23,748 nucleotides of DNA from Chlamydiia bacterium (GTDB lineage: Bacteria > Chlamydiota > Chlamydiia > Chlamydiales > 2-12-FULL-49-11). The notes beneath the pieces were generated by a model. The model was not told the origin of the DNA and made no database searches. It saw only the letters and a program-made list of their open reading frames with translations. The first letter of the stretch is position 1. Each line of letters begins with the position of its first letter. The position numbers and the translations under genes are program-made. The DNA is taken from the NCBI GenBank assembly GCA_044359535.1, contig JBIKLZ010000014.1, positions 1 through 23,748 on the forward strand, read 5' to 3'. This document shows positions 17,823-23,748 of the stretch, piece by piece.

Positions 17823-19100
17823 TTATTTGGTCTGTTTACTGCTTAAGGTGATTTTTACTTTTAAAATTTTTCTCTCATTGCTAGAAAGGACTTTAATTTC
17901 ATATTGATCAAAATGGATAATAGCCCCAGGTTTGGGGATAATCCCCATTGTAGTGGAGATAAATCCCCCAATGGTTTCATATTTTGGGTTGTGAGGGAGA
18001 AAAATGCCAAATTCTCTTTCAGCATCAATAATGCTGATATTGGCTTCAACAATCCACCCCTCATTGTGAGTTTTTCGATATAATAGATCGTCTTCTTCAT
18101 CATGTTCATCAAGGATTTCACTTCCAATGAGCTCTTCGAAAATATCTTCAATGGTGACAAGACCTTCTGTACACCCATATTCATTAACAATGATTGCTCC
18201 ATGAATTTTTCTTGAGCGCATCACTTGAAGAAGCTCAGAAATGGGTTTATTCTCTGGAGCATATAAAATAGGGGAGATAAGGGAGGTGATTTGCCCCTTT
18301 TTTAGACTTTCAATATCGTATAACCCCTTTTTAAAAGTGTATTCTAAGACATCTTTATACAGCAATACCCCTGTGATATGATCAATAGATTTTTCAAAAA
18401 TGGGTAATCGACTAAAACCCTCCTCAATAAATAGGGCGATTGCTTCAAAAATCGAAGAGGTGTTTTGTAAGCACTTGAGTCTAATTCGGGGAATCATAAT
18501 CTCTCGACAGGATTTATCTTCAAAATGGGCAAAGGAATAAAGGAGATGCTTTTTTACCGAATCTAAATTTTGGGCTGCATCTGTAGACAAAATATCAAGG
18601 AGCTGCTTTTTAATTTGTCCATGTTGAGGAAGTAAAGGATCTTTCTTTACCCGAAAAATTCTTTGGAAAGTGATAAATAAATAAGAAAGAGGTAGAAGAA
18701 GATAAAGAAAAATCGATCCAATAGAAGCTGTTGCTTTTAAGGTGAATCTTGTCGCATATCGACAAATAATATGAAGTAAGGCTCCTATTATTAAAAGGGT
18801 TGCTAGTAAAAGTAAAGAGGAGCTTAAATAAGGGAGTGAACTTCTAAAAAGGGTGAGAAAAGCTATAGAAAAAAATCCAAATAGGTATAAGGAGAGCGAA
18901 AATTGAATTAAAGAGACCACATTTTCAAGATTTTTAAAAAGGAGTCTATCTTTTATCCATCGCAATAGCGATAACGATCTAAAAGTAAAAGCCTTATCTA
19001 TTTCACTTTTTTGATAATAGTATAAGGATGTTTTTAATGAATAGAGGATAAGTGAAATGAGAAAAAAACAAAGGGAAATGTAGAAATATGAGATCTCCAT
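17823..19100 (-). CDS. Hemolysin/CorC-family protein (N-terminal TM region, CBS pair, CorC_HlyC domain)
   Basis: CREIMIPR, GFSRLPIF, GVLLYKD, IIVNEYGCTEGLVTIEDIFEELIG.EILDEHD, YETIGGFI; directly downstream of ybeY. Confidence 0.9.
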   Translation of the reverse strand: MEISYFYISLCFFLISLILYSLKTSLYYYQKSEIDKAFTFRSLSLLRWIKDRLLFKNLENVVSLIQFSLSLYLFGFFSIAFLTLFRSSLPYLSSSLLLLATLLIIGALLHIICRYATRFTLKATASIGSIFLYLLLPLSYLFITFQRIFRVKKDPLLPQHGQIKKQLLDILSTDAAQNLDSVKKHLLYSFAHFEDKSCREIMIPRIRLKCLQNTSSIFEAIALFIEEGFSRLPIFEKSIDHITGVLLYKDVLEYTFKKGLYDIESLKKGQITSLISPILYAPENKPISELLQVMRSRKIHGAIIVNEYGCTEGLVTIEDIFEELIGSEILDEHDEEDDLLYRKTHNEGWIVEANISIIDAEREFGIFLPHNPKYETIGGFISTTMGIIPKPGAIIHFDQYEIKVLSSNERKILKVKITLSSKQTK

Positions 19101-19105
19101 AACTT

Positions 19106-19579
19106 CTATGTATATAAAGGATGAGGATTTGAAAGAAGAACTTTTTTCTTTTCAGCATGTTCTAAAGCTAGATCCTCAAGATGTCTCATCTCATCTTGTT
19201 GATCTTGAGTATCATCACAATAACCAGCTAAATGCAAAATACAGTGAATTATATATCTTGAAAGTTCTCTATAAGGGTCTTCAGGGAGAAAGTGTATTGC
19301 TTCTTGTGGGTTGATAAAACACTCTCCAATTGTATGAAGTATTCCCTCTTCCTTTATAGATGTTCCATCAATTGGGAAGGTCATGCAATCTGTGGTTGTC
19401 GGGTCGCTAAAAAAAAGACCATGTAAAAAGATTGTTCTTTCAACAGAGATGAAATGAACGATGAGTTCATCAGTAGAAAGATGTAAATAATGAAGCATTT
19501 CAACACAAAAAAACCTTACAGCATCAGAGTCGATGTGTAAGGCGTTTTGATTATTGTGTTGTGTGATTTTAGGAATCAA
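19106..19579 (-). CDS. ybeY: rRNA maturation endoribonuclease YbeY
   Basis: TTDCMTFP, IGECFIN, zinc motif HCILHLAGYCD (third His replaced), EMRHLE; TTG start 3 nt after the upstream stop. Confidence 0.88.
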   Translation of the reverse strand: MIPKITQHNNQNALHIDSDAVRFFCVEMLHYLHLSTDELIVHFISVERTIFLHGLFFSDPTTTDCMTFPIDGTSIKEEGILHTIGECFINPQEAIHFLPEDPYRELSRYIIHCILHLAGYCDDTQDQQDEMRHLEDLALEHAEKKKVLLSNPHPLYT

Positions 19580-19582
19580 TCT

Positions 19583-19738
19583 TTATAGAACCACTTTAGT
19601 CTTAGGTAGGTGAAATACAGAGGCATTTTCCTTCCATTGATCACGATTTTTTAAAAGTTGAATGCGTTCAAAACGTTTAAGAACATTTCGAACCTTTTCG
19701 CCTGATGCTGCTTTTCCATAACTACGATGTCTTGACAT
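19583..19738 (-). CDS. Small basic protein, PVC superphylum signature protein (CT421.2-like), 51 aa; not in the ORF track
   Basis: Manual translation: MSRHRSYGKAASGEKVRNVLKRFERIQLLKNRDQWKENASVFHLPKTKVVL. It matches the family pattern MSRHxSY...RNVLKRFER...W...LPK and sits directly upstream of ybeY. Confidence 0.92.
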   Translation of the reverse strand: MSRHRSYGKAASGEKVRNVLKRFERIQLLKNRDQWKENASVFHLPKTKVVL

Positions 19739-19905
19739 TACTTCACCTTTGGGATAAATGCTTTTATATTACTAAGGGTATTGATATGTACTTTATACCC
19801 ATTTTCTAAATTGTCTTTTTTTGGACCTGTCTTAGGGGCCATGCTTACATGTCTTTTTTTGTAACTTCTGGCTCTATGTTCATTTTGCTTGCTTTGTCTG
19901 GTCAT
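19738..19905 (-). CDS. Small basic chlamydial protein (CT421.1-like), 55 aa; not in the ORF track
   Basis: Manual translation: MTRQSKQNEHRARSYKKRHVSMAPKTGPKKDNLENGYKVHINTLSNIKAFIPKVK. AGAGGT RBS; the stop overlaps the next ATG (TAATG). Confidence 0.82.
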   Translation of the reverse strand: MTRQSKQNEHRARSYKKRHVSMAPKTGPKKDNLENGYKVHINTLSNIKAFIPKVK

Positions 19906-19934
19906 TTCTTACCTCTAATTAAAATAAAAAGAGA

Positions 19935-19963
19935 ATTATAGGAAATATCCTTTTAAAAGACAA
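19935..19963 (-). promoter_or_regulatory. Putative sigma66/70 promoter TTGTCT-N17-TATAAT for the small-ORF/ybeY/CorC operon
   Basis: Minus strand reads TTGTCT tttaaaaggatatttcc TATAAT, 29 nt upstream of ATG 19905. Confidence 0.62.
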
Positions 19964-20004
19964 GGGGCTTTTTTATCATAAAAATTTTTTTACTTTTAAA
20001 AAGG

Positions 20005-20658
20005 TCATTTTTCCATATCAGGTGTGTAGACACCACAAGAAATGATATATTTAAACGCATCTTCGACGGTAAAATCAACCCTTTTCAAATATTTTTCTTC
20101 AGCAAGGAGTAAAAAACCTGATAGAGGGTGAGGGGAGGTGGCTATAAAAACCGTTTTTAATTGAGTTTCAGCAGGAAGGGGCTCCCCTTCATGAGAGGTT
20201 TCTAAAGCCATAGGGGCGTTTCCAGTAACAAGGCCAATTGTTTTAGAGTGTTCGTTTGGAAAAGGGACTGTTACAACCCTTGAAAAGATCCTTCTTTCTT
20301 CAGACAAAAGGGCTAAAACAATGTCCCTTGTCCCTTTGTATACTTTGTTAATTAAAGGAATTTTCATCATCCAATGGTGGATTACCTTCATCAAATAGTG
20401 AAAAAAAATTCTTTTTCCTAAAAAACCTAAAAGCATAATGCCAAAAAATAGAAGGATGAGAATAATTCCCCTTGATAAGAGGATTAAACTTGTCTTATGA
20501 ATTTCAAAATCTATATAATTGTCCCCAAAAAATCGAATAAGGGTCTTCATGTGTTCTAAAAAGGGGGTGGTTAAAAGATCCACTAAAAAGACAAAAATAA
20601 AGACAGTGACCCCTAAAGGGAGTAAAAGGGCAAGTCCTGAAAGAAGGTTTTTTTTCAT
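20005..20658 (-). CDS. DUF502 family membrane protein, paralogue 2
   Basis: MKKNLLSGLALLLPLGVT, KIPLINKVY, FSRVVTVPFP, VFIATSPHPLSGFLL, AFKYIISCG. Confidence 0.85.
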   Translation of the reverse strand: MKKNLLSGLALLLPLGVTVFIFVFLVDLLTTPFLEHMKTLIRFFGDNYIDFEIHKTSLILLSRGIILILLFFGIMLLGFLGKRIFFHYLMKVIHHWMMKIPLINKVYKGTRDIVLALLSEERRIFSRVVTVPFPNEHSKTIGLVTGNAPMALETSHEGEPLPAETQLKTVFIATSPHPLSGFLLLAEEKYLKRVDFTVEDAFKYIISCGVYTPDMEK

Positions 20659-21317
20659 TGATTTTCCCCTTGATTGATTGGGTTGTCCTTAAGATGTTCA
20701 TCGAGTTTAACAATCCCACAAGAGACAATATATTTAAGGGCTGCCTCTGGTTTCATTTTAAGATAGTAAATATCCTTTACTTTGAACATTAGGGTAAATC
20801 CAGTTGTGGGGTTAGGAGTTGTTGGGACAAAAACCGAAACCATTTCACTGTTTACCTGATCAGAAATTTCTTGAGGAGCTTTTTCAGATAAAAAACCTAA
20901 AGCGTAGATCCCTTCCTTAGGGAAGGGAACTAAAACGACCTGTTTAAACGATCGCTTCTCTTCACCAAAAAGATGGGAAACAATTTCTTTAGAGATTTTA
21001 TAGACCTTATTTATCAAAGGAAGTTTGTGTAAGATGTATTCACCTGCAGAAATGAGCCAGTGAATAAAAAACCAACGAGCAACCATCCCTAAAAACAGTA
21101 TAAATAAAAAAAGGACAACTAAGATAATGAGTTGACTGAGGATAAGGAGAACTTTTGGGTTGCTAAAAAAGATCCCATGTCCCCCCTCAAGGGTAAAAAA
21201 ATGGGTTACAATACCGATGAATGGGTTTGTAAGCAATCGTACAACAAAAGCTATAATAAGGACAGTAAGGACAATAGGGAGGAGTAAAATCAGTCCAGTC
21301 AAAAAATACTTTTTCAT
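20655..21317 (-). CDS. DUF502 family membrane protein, paralogue 1 (CT421-like)
   Basis: MKKYFLTGLILLLP, KLPLINKVY, FKQVVLVPFP, VFVPTTPNPTTGF, ALKYIVSCG; ATGA overlap with paralogue 2. Confidence 0.88.
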   Translation of the reverse strand: MKKYFLTGLILLLPIVLTVLIIAFVVRLLTNPFIGIVTHFFTLEGGHGIFFSNPKVLLILSQLIILVVLFLFILFLGMVARWFFIHWLISAGEYILHKLPLINKVYKISKEIVSHLFGEEKRSFKQVVLVPFPKEGIYALGFLSEKAPQEISDQVNSEMVSVFVPTTPNPTTGFTLMFKVKDIYYLKMKPEAALKYIVSCGIVKLDEHLKDNPINQGENQ

Positions 21318-21362
21318 AAGTTAAGTATACCTATGAATTCATTTAATAAGAAGTTGATTTTC

Positions 21363-21836
21363 TTAAGACCCTTTTAAAGCTCGGTTAATCTCTCTTTGTT
21401 GATCCTTTTTCTTCAAATCAGACCGCTTATCATAGAGTTTTTTACCTTTGCAAACCCCAACTTTTACCTTTACATACCCTGTTTTATTAAGATACATAGC
21501 TAAAGCAACAAGGGTTAGCCCTTTTTCTTCGTTTTGCTTTCGCAATTTTGAAATTTCACTTTTATGAAGGAGAAGTTTTCTCTCTCTTCTTTCCTCATGA
21601 TTGAAAAGATTTCCAAATTTATATTTAGAAATATAGGATTGAAGGAGAAAGGGCTCTCCTTTAATAATACTGATATAGTTGTCTTGAAGGGAACCCCCTC
21701 CATCTCGTAATGATTTTACTTCAGTTCCAAAAAGTTTTATTCCCGCTTCAAAAGTATCAAGAACCTCATAATTATGGTAAGCTACTTTATTGGATACAAG
21801 GTCTCCAGATAGAATCTTTTTCTCTTTTTTAGTCAT
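21363..21836 (-). CDS. smpB: SsrA-binding protein
   Basis: NKVAYHNYEVLDTFEAGIKLFGTEVKSLR, RERKLLLHKSEI, KGKKLYDKR. Confidence 0.97.
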   Translation of the reverse strand: MTKKEKKILSGDLVSNKVAYHNYEVLDTFEAGIKLFGTEVKSLRDGGGSLQDNYISIIKGEPFLLQSYISKYKFGNLFNHEERRERKLLLHKSEISKLRKQNEEKGLTLVALAMYLNKTGYVKVKVGVCKGKKLYDKRSDLKKKDQQREINRALKGS

Positions 21837-21845
21837 AGAGCTATT

Positions 21846-22553
21846 CTATCGTTTTAAACTCCATTTCGTCGAGAAAAAAGAAAAAATAATAATAAAGAGA
21901 ATTCCGATAGAAAAAAATGTGTCAAAATGGGCGATGTGTTGGGATAAAGAAAATCCAATAAAAATCAATTTTATCCCTAACCAAGCAATAAGATAATAGC
22001 ATATTTTTTCAATAATAGGATGTTTGTTTAAAAATTTTAATAACGATGAAGCAAAGAAGCGAAGGGTGATCACCCCTAAAACACCCCCTACATAGGCAAC
22101 CCATATTTTACTTTCAACCTCTGTTTTTGTATAAAAAAAGGAAAGAAGACCAAGGACAATAAAAATAGAATCTAAAGCGAACAAAATATCTGTAAGTTCT
22201 ATAGAGATAATCCCTCGAAGTAAAGAGATGGAGGGTAATTGTCCTTGAACTTTCTTTTTTATGTGAAAAATATGAGAAAAGGATATGTAGATAAGATAGA
22301 TTCCCCCAATCACTTTTAGAAAATCAAGGAGAAACAAAACGGCAGCAAATAAAATAATGATGGCCCTAAAAAATAAAGAGGATCCCACCCCTAACATCAA
22401 TGAAATGCCTCTTTTTGATGGATCAATTCTGTTCAAAATTAAGGATATGGCTAAAATGTTATCTGCAGATAAAAAAAGTTCTACAGCAAATAGGATAAGG
22501 AGGATAAGAACGTCTTGTGGATTAAAAGTTTGAGGCTTTAAAAGAGCTATCAT
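21846..22553 (-). CDS. TerC/Alx family integral membrane protein
   Basis: ELFLSADNILAI, FRAIII, GGIYLIY, IELTDILFALDSI; about 7 TM segments. Confidence 0.88.
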   Translation of the reverse strand: MIALLKPQTFNPQDVLILLILFAVELFLSADNILAISLILNRIDPSKRGISLMLGVGSSLFFRAIIILFAAVLFLLDFLKVIGGIYLIYISFSHIFHIKKKVQGQLPSISLLRGIISIELTDILFALDSIFIVLGLLSFFYTKTEVESKIWVAYVGGVLGVITLRFFASSLLKFLNKHPIIEKICYYLIAWLGIKLIFIGFSLSQHIAHFDTFFSIGILFIIIFSFFSTKWSLKR

Positions 22554-23565
22554 TATCTAAAGAGAGTAAATAGTTATTGAGTTTTCGCTGCGCTTGTTCA
22601 TAGGAAAACCAAGAACTCACCCCTTTGTTCATAAGGCTTGAGTAATGACCCCCTTGAGTTGAGATAAAACACTTAGATTTTATTCTATCGGGATCTTGAT
22701 TTTTTTGCGAGGTAATATAAAGCTGTAAAAGTCTTTCTGCGTGATCTTTGAAGGGAGTATTGTGTGTTGAAGCTATGACTAAAGGATCCCTTTGTAGTGA
22801 GGGGATGAATTTTTTTGTTGGATAAGAATAGTGGGATTGAATAAAACCCTCTAAAAAAATGGAGTTAATCACCTCATTCATACTGGTAAAAGGTCTGTCT
22901 AGTATTAAAGGGCAAGAAGGATGCTTTTTAGCAAGATAGGAAGCTGGAGCTGAACCAAAAGACTTCCCATATAAAAGGATATTTCCAGAGCAATAACTAT
23001 AGGCTCTGTGTGCAATTTTCTTACATTCATCCCAAGAAATAGGGTTTTTTCCTTCACTATAGGGATAGAAGTCAACAGCTAAAATGGTATACCCTCTTAA
23101 AGCAAAATTCAAAATCTCTCTTATTTGCATTGAAAGGGGAAGGGTGTAGTCAACAAAGAGAATCACAGTCTTGTTTTTAGTCTCATTTAAAAAATGGACA
23201 TCCCTAGGAAAAGAAAAAAGTCCCGGAAGTGAGGATGAGGCTAAATTTGCTTCAAAAAGTTCAAGAAGTTTTGTGTTTTTTGGATCTTTTAAAATCTCTC
23301 TCCATTTACCAAAGACTTTTCCACTGTTTTTTTTAACTGAGGAGGAAGAAAGGAAAATCCCAGAAAACCCAAATCGTTCTTCATCAATGGATATTGCCCC
23401 AAGATCTTTAAGAAATTGAGCGCTTTGCTTTTTTATTCTAAAAAAACCAGTAAAAGGGATCGATCTTTCTGGTGAGGCAAAAGCAATCGCTTTTAAAGCA
23501 ATTTTGTGAGATGTCGGGGTAGAGAATAAACTTGTAATTGCAATTAAAAATACCGTTAATCTCAT
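22522..23565 (-). CDS. Putative exported alpha/beta-fold serine hydrolase
   Basis: Signal-like N-terminus; RGYTILAVDF; nucleophile elbow LLYGKSFGS (GxSxG); LILDRPFTS; candidate catalytic His in GGHYS. Confidence 0.75.
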   Translation of the reverse strand: MRLTVFLIAITSLFSTPTSHKIALKAIAFASPERSIPFTGFFRIKKQSAQFLKDLGAISIDEERFGFSGIFLSSSSVKKNSGKVFGKWREILKDPKNTKLLELFEANLASSSLPGLFSFPRDVHFLNETKNKTVILFVDYTLPLSMQIREILNFALRGYTILAVDFYPYSEGKNPISWDECKKIAHRAYSYCSGNILLYGKSFGSAPASYLAKKHPSCPLILDRPFTSMNEVINSIFLEGFIQSHYSYPTKKFIPSLQRDPLVIASTHNTPFKDHAERLLQLYITSQKNQDPDRIKSKCFISTQGGHYSSLMNKGVSSWFSYEQAQRKLNNYLLSLDNDSSFKASNF

Positions 23566-23660
23566 AATTAATTATATGGTTGATCTTAAAACCCCATATA
23601 ATTAAATACGCATTAAAACAAAACAAAAACTTAATAATTTTTTTAAAAATGGTCAAGGAA

Positions 23661-23747
23661 TCAGCTTTCTTCGATCGGAGGAGGGAGCTTTTCTTTGCTT
23701 TTTCTAGATCTTCTTTTCTTTTGCTTTTTGATTTTTTCCATTTTTTC
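23661..23747 (-). CDS. 3' end of a gene entering from the right edge; basic tail, possibly a peptide-chain-release-factor-like (GGQ/ArfB-type) protein
   Basis: Frame reads EKMEKIKKQKKRRSRKSKEKLPPPIEES*. Only 28 codons are visible, so both the frame and the identity are tentative. Confidence 0.35.
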   Translation of the reverse strand, partial: EKMEKIKKQKKRRSRKSKEKLPPPIEES

Positions 23748-23748
23748 A

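Noticed and set aside
21318..21362. tmRNA (ssrA) or other RNA gene beside smpB
   Set aside because: The flanking gaps are only 45 and 9 nt, with no tRNA-like ends or structure.
1335..23656. Other short ORF-track entries (60-115 aa) nested in or antisense to housekeeping genes, e.g. 1816-2085, 3734-4069, 8624-8902, 13081-13386, 16693-17007, 17861-18202, 23171-23419, 23438-23656
   Set aside because: They overlap well-supported genes, show no recognisable motifs, and are of the length expected by chance.

Overview
AT-rich bacterial chromosome segment, very likely from an environmental member of the phylum Chlamydiota. The basis is recognisable homologues of the C. trachomatis CT421/CT421.1/CT421.2/ybeY/CBS-CorC/CT425 block, a maf-HEAT-LptD-like block, and a protein with an Inc-type bilobed hydrophobic domain. 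Most of the window is housekeeping: aroA(partial)-aroK-aroC-cydA-cydB (+); xseA-xseB-nadK (-); tpiA-secG-def (+); and a long minus-strand run (alpha/beta hydrolase, TerC, smpB, two DUF502 paralogues, two small basic ORFs missed by the ORF track, ybeY, CBS/CorC, DUF3604-like, maf, HEAT-repeat, LptD-like). The one clearly accessory gene is a 646-aa repeat-rich Inc-like putative effector (9254-11194) carrying a candidate phospho-FFAT motif. The most striking non-coding pattern is that five genes have a sigma66/70-type -10 box only 5-9 nt upstream of the ATG and no Shine-Dalgarno, which suggests leaderless transcription. No rRNA, tRNA, CRISPR or mobile element was seen. All family assignments come from motif recognition by eye, not from database searches.
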